From the NCBI RefSeq assembly GCF_000025945.1, contig NC_006138.1, positions 330,001 through 362,000 on the forward strand: DNA of 32,000 nt. The letters are read 5' to 3'. A program made the position numbers and the translations under genes. Shown one piece after another: positions 8,570 to 16,755 of the stretch. The DNA is from Desulfotalea psychrophila LSv54. GTDB taxonomy: Bacteria; Desulfobacterota; Desulfobulbia; Desulfobulbales; Desulfocapsaceae. The number at the start of each line of letters is the position of its first letter. The first letter of the stretch is position 1. Below the pieces are notes generated by a model. That model did no database searches, was not told where the DNA came from, and saw nothing but the letters and a program-made list of their open reading frames with translations.

Positions 8570-10213
8570 ATGATTACAGTTTTGCATGGATACCTGCTTG
8601 AAGGCTCAGGAAGCAACCTATGGACCCGTGCCACTGTCCAATCTCTCTGTGAAAGCGGAGAAACCGTCCACCTCATGTGTCAAGAAAACCATCCGGATCT
8701 CTATGATTTTATCAGTGACGCAATACTTTATAAGGCAAATGGGAAGAGGGAAACCTTACTAAAACGCAAACCCATCTATCCAGGCAGATGCATTATGCAT
8801 AAACCGCATATAGGAGAGACACTGCCTGTCTATGTAAAGGATAAATATGAAGAATTTTCTGACGTACGACCAATGGTTGAACTCAGTGATGGAGAAATTG
8901 AAACATATCTGCGGACAAACGTTAAAATACTCCAGCAAATAGTAGACGAAAATGAAATTAAGGTTATTCTTGCCAACCATGCCGTTCTTATGTCTGTCGT
9001 TGCCCAACGAGTAGGAAAGACACGAAATATCCCCTATGCTATAATGCCCCATGGGAGCGCCATCGAATATGCTGTAAAAAAGGACAGGAGATATTTTAAC
9101 TATGCCGAAAGTGCATTTGCTGAGGCACAGAGAATATACGTCATTGGCAAAGAGATGAGAGAGAGGCTCAAGAACCTATTCACAAAATTGCCTCAGATTG
9201 AAGACAAAATGAAAGAGTTAAATCTGGGGGTCAACACCTCCCTCTTTAACCCCATAAAGAGAGAAGAGAGAAAAGACAATATAGGCAAGCTCTGCCTGGC
9301 ATTAGAAAAGGTGCCACGGGGCAAGACAGGCTCTCAACAGTCCATGCCAGAACAACTGACAGCCGATATTTCCAAGCGAAACTTATTGAGTATTATACAT
9401 GCCTCATCCTCTTACCATGCAAAATTTCCAGATGATAATGTCGAAGAAAAGTTGCAAATGGTGGAGTGGAATAATGAAAAAATCATTCTATTTGTTGGTC
9501 GACTCATCGCAAACAAAGGTCTCCATTCAATCATAGCCGCCCTACCTGAAATACTTGCCAATCAAGTAAATACACGCCTGATCATAGTAGGACACGGTCC
9601 ACAACGCGAACAACTTGAAACACTTATTTGGGCATTACAAAACGGACACTCAGACTTAGTCCTTAATCTTGTAAACTGGGGAAGAGAGCTGGAGGGTGAC
9701 GGGGAAAGCGCCTGGCAAGAGATACAGCTCTATTTTAATCACCTGAAAAAACATGATAAGCTGACTCCATATTTTAAAAAAGCGCAAAAGCACCTGAAGC
9801 AAGACAGCGTAATATTCACAGGATACCTTACTCACAAAGAGCTGTGTCACCTGTTTCCTGCATGCGACGTAGCAATTTTTCCATCTATTGTCGCCGAGGC
9901 CGGCCCCCTGGTATTTTTAGAGGCAATGGCCTCAGCTTGCTTTCCCATCGGCACATATTTTGCTGGCATGGCGGCGAGCATAGATTCCGTAGCAGATGCC
10001 CTTCCTCAGAATGTAGTAGACTTAATGAAAATAAGTCCACGGCCTGAGCAAACGGTAATGGATATCATAGCGAAGACAAAAGGCGCCCTCTCTGTTGACA
10101 GATATTACAAAGAAAAATTACGCAGGATTGCCATTGAAAAATATGATTGGAAAAACATCAGCAAAGTCCTGGCCTCAGATTTACACAGATTGCAGACATT
10201 AGTGAAAAGATAA
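8570..10213 (+). CDS. GT-B fold glycosyltransferase (family 4 / 'glycosyl transferases group 1'-like), unusually long
   Basis: 547 aa with GGAGGAAG SD upstream. The C-terminal half has the GT4 pattern (ILFVGRLIANKG..., FPSIVAEAGPLVFLEAMA with the E-x7-E-like motif). Extra inserts sit between the two Rossmann halves. Substrate is unknown. Confidence 0.75.
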   Translation: MITVLHGYLLEGSGSNLWTRATVQSLCESGETVHLMCQENHPDLYDFISDAILYKANGKRETLLKRKPIYPGRCIMHKPHIGETLPVYVKDKYEEFSDVRPMVELSDGEIETYLRTNVKILQQIVDENEIKVILANHAVLMSVVAQRVGKTRNIPYAIMPHGSAIEYAVKKDRRYFNYAESAFAEAQRIYVIGKEMRERLKNLFTKLPQIEDKMKELNLGVNTSLFNPIKREERKDNIGKLCLALEKVPRGKTGSQQSMPEQLTADISKRNLLSIIHASSSYHAKFPDDNVEEKLQMVEWNNEKIILFVGRLIANKGLHSIIAALPEILANQVNTRLIIVGHGPQREQLETLIWALQNGHSDLVLNLVNWGRELEGDGESAWQEIQLYFNHLKKHDKLTPYFKKAQKHLKQDSVIFTGYLTHKELCHLFPACDVAIFPSIVAEAGPLVFLEAMASACFPIGTYFAGMAASIDSVADALPQNVVDLMKISPRPEQTVMDIIAKTKGALSVDRYYKEKLRRIAIEKYDWKNISKVLASDLHRLQTLVKR

Positions 10214-10306
10214 GGGTTAAGAGGATCTTCTTAAACTCGATTTCCGGCATCCAGCCAAATAAAGACATTGCTCGTCGGTGAATCCAATAATAAATGGGAG
10301 CAGATA

Positions 10307-10771
10307 ATGAGACGCCGTGACAAGGAGATAAAGGAGAGGAAAGAGATAGACAAGATTATTAACAGATGCACAGTATGCCGATTGGGAATGGCAAAAGACA
10401 ATATCCCCTATATAGTCCCCCTATCCTTTGCCTACGATGGATTAAACATCTACTTCCATACAGCTAAGAAAGGGCAAAAGATAGAGTATATAAACTCAAA
10501 CAGTCAGGTTTGCCTTGAATTTGAGACCGATATTAAGCTCATATCTGATGAAACATCACCCTGTCAATGGGGATTCTCATTTCAGACCGTCTTCTGCCAG
10601 GGCATGGTTACAGAAATTACCAATAAAGAGAAGAGAGTTGAGGCACTCAAACTGATAATCGCCCATTACTCAGAGAAGAAATGGGCGCTAGATGAGAGGA
10701 TGCTCAAATCAGTCAGAGTTTGGCAGGTCTCAATAAAGAGTTGGACAGGAAGCTCATCCAAGGACCGTTAA
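10307..10771 (+). CDS. Pyridoxamine 5'-phosphate oxidase-like FMN-binding protein (Nim-like subgroup)
   Basis: [62 protein letters not shown] matches the N-terminal pattern I recall for Nim/PNPOx split-barrel proteins. GGGAG lies 6 nt upstream of the ATG at 10307; the track ORF opens at a TTG at 10268. Confidence 0.75.
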   Translation: MRRRDKEIKERKEIDKIINRCTVCRLGMAKDNIPYIVPLSFAYDGLNIYFHTAKKGQKIEYINSNSQVCLEFETDIKLISDETSPCQWGFSFQTVFCQGMVTEITNKEKRVEALKLIIAHYSEKKWALDERMLKSVRVWQVSIKSWTGSSSKDR

Positions 10772-10789
10772 TAATAATAATAATAATAG
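10769..10789 (+). repeat. (TAA)x6 + TAG microsatellite: seven consecutive in-frame stop codons
   Basis: Read directly: TAATAATAATAATAATAATAG begins with the stop codon of the PNPOx-like gene and ends 10 nt before the DHFR start. Confidence 0.95.
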
Positions 10790-10799
10790 AAGAGGTCAT

Positions 10800-11273
10800 A
10801 TGAAGATTTCACTCATGGCGGCAAAGTCTGAAAACGGAGTCATTGGTAAAGGAGCGGATATCCCCTGGATGGTCAAAGGGGAGCAGCTCTTATTCAAGGC
10901 GATAACCTTCAATCAATGGCTACTGGTTGGGAGAAAAACTTTCGACTCCATGGGGGTTCTGCCCAACCGTAAATACGCAGTCATCACCAGATCCGGCCTC
11001 CTCTCGCAGAATGACAATGTCCTCGTTTTTCCTTCCATAGAGGATGCTCTCCGTGAACTTGCTCAACAGACAGAGCATATTATAGTTGCAGGTGGTGGAG
11101 AAATATTCAAGGCCATGATTAACAGAGCCGACACCCTACATCTATCAACGGTTCATCAAAATATCGACGGAGATATTACCTTTCCTCAAGTACCGAAGGA
11201 TTTTAAATTAGTATTTGAGCAGTACTTTGAATCAAATATTAATTATACCTACCAGATATGGCAGAGACCATAG
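10800..11273 (+). CDS. folA: Dihydrofolate reductase, DfrA1-like (type A trimethoprim-resistance family homologue)
   Basis: 157 aa. DHFR motifs are [53 protein letters not shown] and a C-terminal [11 protein letters not shown]. By hand it aligns colinearly, without gaps, to my recalled DfrA1 sequence at roughly two-thirds identity (memory-based, unverified). Confidence 0.9.
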   Translation: MKISLMAAKSENGVIGKGADIPWMVKGEQLLFKAITFNQWLLVGRKTFDSMGVLPNRKYAVITRSGLLSQNDNVLVFPSIEDALRELAQQTEHIIVAGGGEIFKAMINRADTLHLSTVHQNIDGDITFPQVPKDFKLVFEQYFESNINYTYQIWQRP

Positions 11274-11806
11274 GCGACAGCAGACAGGATAAGTGTTGGG
11301 TTCCCACATGATTACAAAACCAAATCTACTCATATCAGCAAGAGCCATGAATTAGGCCACCACACCTTTGAAGCGGATCATATTCGAAAAGACGGGACAA
11401 TCTTTCCTGTCTATCACGACGTGACAACGGTGATAGATGAAGAGGACAGGCCTCTCTACAGTATCGTCAATATGTTGGATATCACCGATAGAAAAAGAGA
11501 TGAAAAAATTTCGTACTCACTTGGAAAAGCTTGTCGATGAACGGACCCAAGAGCTACAAAAGGCCTTAAATGAAATTAAGACATTAGAGGAAATAGTACC
11601 CATCTGTTTACATTGCAAAAAAAATACGCGACGACAAGGGCCACTGGAATCTCTTGCAGGCATTCCTAGAAAAACACTCCGACGCCTCCTTTAGCCATGG
11701 GATCTGCCCCGGATGCGTAGAAGAGTTCTATGGAAACGAGCCCTGCTCACAAGTCAGGTTCGGCTACTCATTCTATTTTCCAAGAGACTATGATAGTCTT
11801 CTATGA
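11274..11806 (+). pseudogene. 5'-truncated, twice-frameshifted remnant of a PAS-domain signalling protein with Cys-rich C-terminal tail
   Basis: Three frames read consecutively: ...FEADHIRKDGTIFPVYHDVTTVIDEEDRPLYSIVNMLDITDRK (PAS C-terminus), then MKKFRTHLEKLVDERTQELQKALNEIKTLEEIVPICLHCKK, then IRDDKGHWNLLQAFLEKHSDASFSHGICPGCVEEFYG. The frame switches fall at an A5 run (11492-11496) and an A8 run (11617-11624). The first frame has no start codon and runs in frame directly from the DHFR stop codon. Confidence 0.6.
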
Positions 11807-11959
11807 AGAGAGGGGGCGATCCCCTTCAGACTCCTGCAACCAGAGCGCTGAGGATCAACCAATAAGGCACGGTAAGATTTTCAATACCCCGTTACCCTGT
11901 CCTAGCAGGACATTTACAACAGTGCCCGTACATTGAACCCTTAACAGATAAAAAACGGC

Positions 11960-13309
11960 ATGAAGACATTTAACTTATTCAGAAAACACCCCCTCATCCT
12001 GATAGCAGGGATATGGACAATCCTCGTGAGTGCCCTGATTGCGCATGAGATAAACCACCTGCATGCCGAAACAGAGACAACAGCCATAACTGAGGCCCAT
12101 ACCATTTTTAAAAAGGATTTGGCCCTGCGCCACTGGGTCGCCTCTCATGGCGGAGTCTATGTCCCCATCGATGCCACGACCCCGGCAAATAAGTACCTTG
12201 TCCACCTGCCGGAGCGTGACATCCAAACGCCCTCAGCGAAAAATCTCACCCTGATGAACCCGGCCTATGCCATGCGGCAGATGCACGAGTCCTATGCCAA
12301 GACATATGGAGTAAGAGGGCATATCACCAGCCTCAAGCTGCTTAGACCGGAAAATATAGCGGATCTGTGGGAAACAAGGGCCCTGCAGTCCTTTGAACAG
12401 GGAAAGAGGGAGGTGAGTGAGCTTACCGATCTCAGCGGCAAGCCATTCCTCCGCTATATGTGGGCGATGATCACCGAAAGGCCCTGTCTTAAATGCCACC
12501 AGGGATACCAAGTGGGAGATGTCCGGGGAGGCATCTCTGTATCAATACCAATGACTGATCTCCTGGCAAAGGAAAGTCGGGAACGTCTAGAGCTGCTCTT
12601 ATCACATGGTCTGATATGGCTTAGCGGTTTGCTTCTCATCTACTTTGGGGGGCGGAGAGTGATGCTTAGCACAGAGGAGCGCAATCAGGCCAATAAGGAG
12701 CTGCTGCGCCATAAGCAGCATCTTGAAATTAAAATAAGGCAACGCACTGCAGAACTCACCGAGGCCAATCAAAAATTAGAGCATATCTCACTCACCGATG
12801 GCCTGACAGGTATAGCCAATCGTCGCCATTTTGATAATCTCATCGCCAAGGAGTGGTCTCGGGCCATACGGGAGAAAACCCCCATTACTCTCATCATGAT
12901 TGATATTGATTATTTTAAACTATTTAATGATCTCTATGGCCATCCTGAGGGTGATATATGTCTCAAAACAGTTGCCATGGCCCTCAATGCTGAGATGAGA
13001 CGATCGACTGACTTTGTGGCGAGATATGGCGGGGAAGAGTTTGCAGCTATCCTGCCTAATACGGGCGGGCCAGGAGCTCTGGTCATGGCAGAGAAGATGA
13101 GGGCAAGTATTGCCAAACTTGAGATTGAACATAAAGATTCAGAGATAAATAACTACCTCACCATTAGTCTGGGCGCTATCTCAGTCGTCCCCAAAAAAGG
13201 TTCAGACTTCAGCCATTTCATTGAGCAGGCGGATAAGGCCCTATACACGGCGAAGACAGAGGGTCGTAATCAGGCAAGAGCTTTCTCGCCTGATGGTGAG
13301 AATGCCTAA
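11960..13309 (+). CDS. Sensor diguanylate cyclase: periplasmic DUF3365-like heme-c domain + TM + coiled coil + GGDEF
   Basis: N-terminal TM, a periplasmic domain with a CXXCH motif (PCLKCH), a second TM, then a GGDEF domain (LTGIANRRHF..., RYGGEEFA active site, KALYTAKTEGRN). Confidence 0.85.
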   Translation: MKTFNLFRKHPLILIAGIWTILVSALIAHEINHLHAETETTAITEAHTIFKKDLALRHWVASHGGVYVPIDATTPANKYLVHLPERDIQTPSAKNLTLMNPAYAMRQMHESYAKTYGVRGHITSLKLLRPENIADLWETRALQSFEQGKREVSELTDLSGKPFLRYMWAMITERPCLKCHQGYQVGDVRGGISVSIPMTDLLAKESRERLELLLSHGLIWLSGLLLIYFGGRRVMLSTEERNQANKELLRHKQHLEIKIRQRTAELTEANQKLEHISLTDGLTGIANRRHFDNLIAKEWSRAIREKTPITLIMIDIDYFKLFNDLYGHPEGDICLKTVAMALNAEMRRSTDFVARYGGEEFAAILPNTGGPGALVMAEKMRASIAKLEIEHKDSEINNYLTISLGAISVVPKKGSDFSHFIEQADKALYTAKTEGRNQARAFSPDGENA

Positions 13310-13404
13310 AAGCCCTAACCGAAACAGCACAGCCAATCACTTGCGGGCAGCTAGCCCCGCAAACGACTCTGCCAGCACCCAAAAAAGACAAAAGGAGAAC
13401 CACG

Positions 13405-13989
13405 ATGAAACTGACAGCCTTTCTCCTGCTAATACTCTCACTTTCCTCAGCATCCCAAGTCATGGCGAAGAGCACAGTACTGGCCGGAGGCTGTTTTTGG
13501 TGTATGGAATCGGATTTTGAAAAACTTGACGGGGTGAGCGGGGTGGTTTCAGGCTTTAGTGGAGGGATCTTGAAGAACCCGACTTATAACGGCAGGCATA
13601 CGGGTCATGTTGAGGCCGTTCAGATAAGCTATGATCCCCAAAAGATCAGCTATCGCGAGCTGTTGGAACATTACTGGTTTAACATCGATCCCTTTGATGA
13701 CAAAGGACAGTTTTGCGATAAGGGGCCAAGCTATCTGGCCGCCATCTTTGTCGCAAGCAAAGAAGAGAGACACATTGCCGAAGAATCTAAAAGGGCCATA
13801 GAGAAGAGATTTCCAAACAGGAGAGTGATAACCCCCATCTTAAAGGCCACAACCTTTTACCCGATCAAGGGCCACGAGAGTTACCACCAGGACTACTATA
13901 AAAAGAGCGCCATTCGCTACAAGCTCTACCGTTGGAACTGTGGTCGAGACAGACGTTTGCAGGAGATTTGGGGCGACAGACAAGATTGA
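13405..13989 (+). CDS. msrA: Peptide-methionine (S)-S-oxide reductase MsrA, secreted form
   Basis: Signal peptide MKLTAFLLLILSLSSASQVMA, catalytic GGCFWCME motif and conserved YHQDYY. AAGGAG SD upstream. Confidence 0.9.
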   Translation: MKLTAFLLLILSLSSASQVMAKSTVLAGGCFWCMESDFEKLDGVSGVVSGFSGGILKNPTYNGRHTGHVEAVQISYDPQKISYRELLEHYWFNIDPFDDKGQFCDKGPSYLAAIFVASKEERHIAEESKRAIEKRFPNRRVITPILKATTFYPIKGHESYHQDYYKKSAIRYKLYRWNCGRDRRLQEIWGDRQD

Positions 13990-14105
13990 GATAAAGTCCG
14001 CATCAAGCTCTATCTATGTTAATATCATAGGAGAAAAAGCCGACAGCATAGGCACTATCCATAAGCTGCGGTCAAACAGCCCCCATCCCAAAAGAGGAAA
14101 AAGAT

Positions 14106-14699
14106 ATGAGTATCACCCTACCCGAGCTTCCCTACCTAAAAAATGCCCTGGCACCATATATCAGCTCTGAGACATTGGATTTTCATCATGGCAAACACCA
14201 CAGTACCTATGTCACCAACCTGAATAAGCTCATCGCCGGTACTGAACTGGAAAATGCGACATTGGAAGAGATCATAAAAAAGACAGTAAACGATGCCAGC
14301 AAAAGCGGAGTCTTCAACAATGCCGCCCAGATTTGGAACCATACATTTTACTGGCAATCAATGAAGGCCGAGGGTGGTGGTATGCCAAGGGGTGCCATTG
14401 CCGAAAAGATCGATGCCGACTTCGGTAGCTACGACAACTTCGTAGAGCAGCTGAAAAATGCCGGTCTTACTCAGTTCGGCAGCGGTTGGGCCTGGTTGGT
14501 CCTGAACAACAACAAGCTGGAAATCATGAAAACCGCCAACGCCGATACCCCCATAGCCCATGGTTTGCAAGCTCTTCTGACCGTGGATGTCTGGGAACAT
14601 GCCTATTATCTTGACTACCAAAACGGCCGAGGCACCTACCTGGATGCCTTTTTCAACAACCTTATCAACTGGGATTTTGTTAACGCCAATCTCGCCTAG
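14106..14699 (+). CDS. sodB: Iron superoxide dismutase
   Basis: LPYLKNALAPYIS...HHGKHH, the Fe-type AAQIWNHTFYW and the metal-ligand motif DVWEHAYYLDYQN. AGAGGA SD upstream. Confidence 0.9.
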   Translation: MSITLPELPYLKNALAPYISSETLDFHHGKHHSTYVTNLNKLIAGTELENATLEEIIKKTVNDASKSGVFNNAAQIWNHTFYWQSMKAEGGGMPRGAIAEKIDADFGSYDNFVEQLKNAGLTQFGSGWAWLVLNNNKLEIMKTANADTPIAHGLQALLTVDVWEHAYYLDYQNGRGTYLDAFFNNLINWDFVNANLA

Positions 14700-14731
14700 A
14701 GGATAGCCACCGGGCAAGGGCTCCGCTCTTT

Positions 14732-15349
14732 TTAAGGGTGGGGCTCCTGCAGAAGACGATAGGCAAAAAATACTCGAACGACGGTGGTCACCAGACAGAG
14801 CAGGGCGAAAAAAAGCGCCAGAGCGGGGAACCACTGGGGCAAGAGACAGAAGAGAATAAAAAAACAGATGGTCTCCGTCCCCTCGGCAAGACCGCCAAGA
14901 TAGTAAAACCCCTTAGAGGGATAGACAATAAGGGGAAGAGACCTCCTCTCGGCGAAGACGGCAAAGGCCAAAAAAGAGGAGGAGGTACCCATAAAGGCAG
15001 CCAGAAGCAGGTCAGCAGCCAGGGCATTCTCCCCAGGCGCGGCCAGGGCAAAGCCCAGAACTACCACGGCATAAAAAATAAAATCACAAACTATATCAAG
15101 ATAGGCTCCATCATCGCTTGCCCCCTGAATACGGGCCAAGGCCCCATCCACCCCATCCAAAAACCGATTAAGACAGATACAGAACAGGGCAGGAATATAC
15201 TGTTCGACCGCTAAAAGAGGCAGGGTAACAAGGCCACAGCAAAGGCCAAAGAGGGTTACCCGATTGGCAGTGATGTCCCGGGCATGGAGGAGACGAGCGC
15301 AGAAGGATAAAAAAGAGCTGGTTCTGGGTAGTATATAACGATCGAGCAT
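14732..15349 (-). CDS. CDP-alcohol phosphatidyltransferase family membrane protein (YnjF-like)
   Basis: Signature D(x)2DG(x)2AR...G(x)3D(x)3D is seen as LDGVDGALARIQGASDDGAYLDIVCD, with multiple TM segments. The ATG for MLDRYILP at 15349 lies 4 nt after the upstream ATPase stop; the track ORF extends to 15403. Confidence 0.8.
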   Translation of the reverse strand: MLDRYILPRTSSFLSFCARLLHARDITANRVTLFGLCCGLVTLPLLAVEQYIPALFCICLNRFLDGVDGALARIQGASDDGAYLDIVCDFIFYAVVVLGFALAAPGENALAADLLLAAFMGTSSSFLAFAVFAERRSLPLIVYPSKGFYYLGGLAEGTETICFFILFCLLPQWFPALALFFALLCLVTTVVRVFFAYRLLQEPHP

Positions 15350-15353
15350 AGCT

Positions 15354-15977
15354 TCACCCCTGAGAAAAAACGATTTTAGCAGCCAACACATCCTCACTGT
15401 CATGGGTCACCAACAGGGCAGGGATATCCATCTCCTCTACCTGCTCCACCACGAAGGCCCTAAAGCTCTGCCTGAGGGCTGCATCAAGCTGAGAAAATGG
15501 CTCATCAAGAAGAACAAGGCGTGGCCTTGCCAACAGGGTTCGCAGCAGTGAGACACGCGCCTTCTGCCCACCAGAGAGGGTCTGAACAGAACGCTCGGCA
15601 AAACCTGCAAGTCCCGCCCCTGCCAAGGCCTGCGCCGCTTGCAGAGGTCGCTGCTTACCCGGCACGGAACCGGGCAGGGCAAAGGCCAGATTCTGACCGA
15701 CATTCATATGGGGAAAGAGCAGGACTTCCTGAAAGAGAATCCCCACCTGCCGTCTCTCCATGGGCAGGCCCAAGAGAGAGGCCCCATCCAGAAGAATCTC
15801 TCCCGAGAAGGTAAAGACCGGATGCAGGCAACCGCTGACCAGGGAGAGCAGGGTCGATTTACCACAACCACTGGGCCCCATAAAGGAGAGAATCTCTCCC
15901 CGCGCCACCACGGCACTGACCGGGGCAAAGAGAGCTTTACCCTGCAGGGATATCTGCACATCTTTTAGTTCAAGCAT
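15354..15977 (-). CDS. ABC transporter ATP-binding protein (YnjD-like)
   Basis: Walker A GPSGCGKST, signature LSGGQKARVSL, Walker B LVLLDEPFSQLD and H-loop VTHD. The start MLELKDVQ at 15977 has an AAGAGGA SD. The 29-codon upstream extension in the track is low-complexity and unlikely to be translated. Confidence 0.85.
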   Translation of the reverse strand: MLELKDVQISLQGKALFAPVSAVVARGEILSFMGPSGCGKSTLLSLVSGCLHPVFTFSGEILLDGASLLGLPMERRQVGILFQEVLLFPHMNVGQNLAFALPGSVPGKQRPLQAAQALAGAGLAGFAERSVQTLSGGQKARVSLLRTLLARPRLVLLDEPFSQLDAALRQSFRAFVVEQVEEMDIPALLVTHDSEDVLAAKIVFSQG

Positions 15978-16104
15978 TTTTTCCTCTTTTGCCTTTGCTC
16001 TTGAGTTTGACCGACTGCACCGGAGAGAGCCACGGGGGCTGCTAGTTGAGCCAGCAATGCTCAACGGTTCAACACCTTTTATCAGGCTAATGATGAATGC
16101 CCTG

Positions 16105-16670
16105 TTATGCCCTTATATATCTACCGTATGATTCAACCCTTGTTAAAAGCCTATTAGAGAGTAGTTTGTTAGCTACATGAAGATGTTGGTGGATCAGCAG
16201 GGCCTCTTCTTTGTAGGCAAGGCGCCTTTCATTAGTCCAGGACCATGGTGGCTCTGATAAATTAGTTGTTCTGTCCGCCAGCTTTACCCCATCCATACCT
16301 CTTTCGGTTGTAACTTTATCCTGTTCAAGAAATCCAGTATCTGTTCTTTCTTGAAGGCAAGATCTTCGTTTTTGGTAAGGGCATTAACACCTTGGGCCAC
16401 TTCCAGGCCGAAATTGCCTTCAATAGTTTTAAAATCTACATCTGTATCTTCAATAGTGTCATGGAGAAGAGCGCATTGGATGGCAAGATCACCGTTTAGA
16501 TTGGGATTAGAATTTAGTCCGCAAATTAACTCCATAGCTACACTACCTATGTGGTTAAGATAGGGTATTCGTTGACCTTCGATCGGCGCTCCATATGCCT
16601 GTCCTTCATGCGCCATAGTTGCAAAACCCCAAGCTTTGACATATAGATCTTGAGACCAGTTTTGCGTCAT
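16105..16670 (-). pseudogene. RelA/SpoT-type HD (HD_4) phosphohydrolase, small-alarmone-hydrolase-like, split by a frameshift
   Basis: ORF 16284..16670 carries AHEGQ...PYLNHIGSVA...LLHDTIEDT...GVNALTK and ends ...KEVWMG*. ORF 16105..16296 continues in another frame with VKLADRTTNL... The junction is a G4 run (plus-strand CCCC at 16287-16290). Adding one G restores a single product of about 190 aa. Confidence 0.7.
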
Positions 16671-16755
16671 TTTCTATCCTTATTTCAGGGCTATTTTAGG
16701 CATATTTTAAATCAGGAGCGCGGCTTTTTGCATCCGCTAAAGTGTCATGTTAGAT

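Noticed and set aside
11290-11301. GTTGGGT heptamer 22 nt after the DHFR stop, which matches the integron attC core GTTRRRY.
   Set aside because: I found no inverse core (RYYYAAC) and no imperfect palindrome of attC length in the gene's 3' end or downstream. The heptamer lies inside the PAS-remnant reading frame, and no integrase is present. It is probably chance.
11730-11936. 68-aa plus-strand ORF between the PAS remnant and the diguanylate cyclase gene.
   Set aside because: No RBS. It overlaps the tail of the pseudogene frame, and its product has no features.
14358-15214. Overlapping ORFs 14358..14834 (-), 14738..15214 (+) and 14788..15051 (-) around sodB and the ynjF-like gene.
   Set aside because: They conflict with sodB and with the CDP-alcohol phosphatidyltransferase, both of which have diagnostic motifs. 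The alternatives are low-complexity.
15978-16064. 29-codon N-terminal extension of the ynjD-like ATPase ORF.
   Set aside because: The extension (MSIAGSTSSPRGSLRCSRSNSRAKAKEEK) is low-complexity. The internal ATG at 15977 has an AAGAGGA SD and gives the canonical ABC N-terminus MLELKDV.
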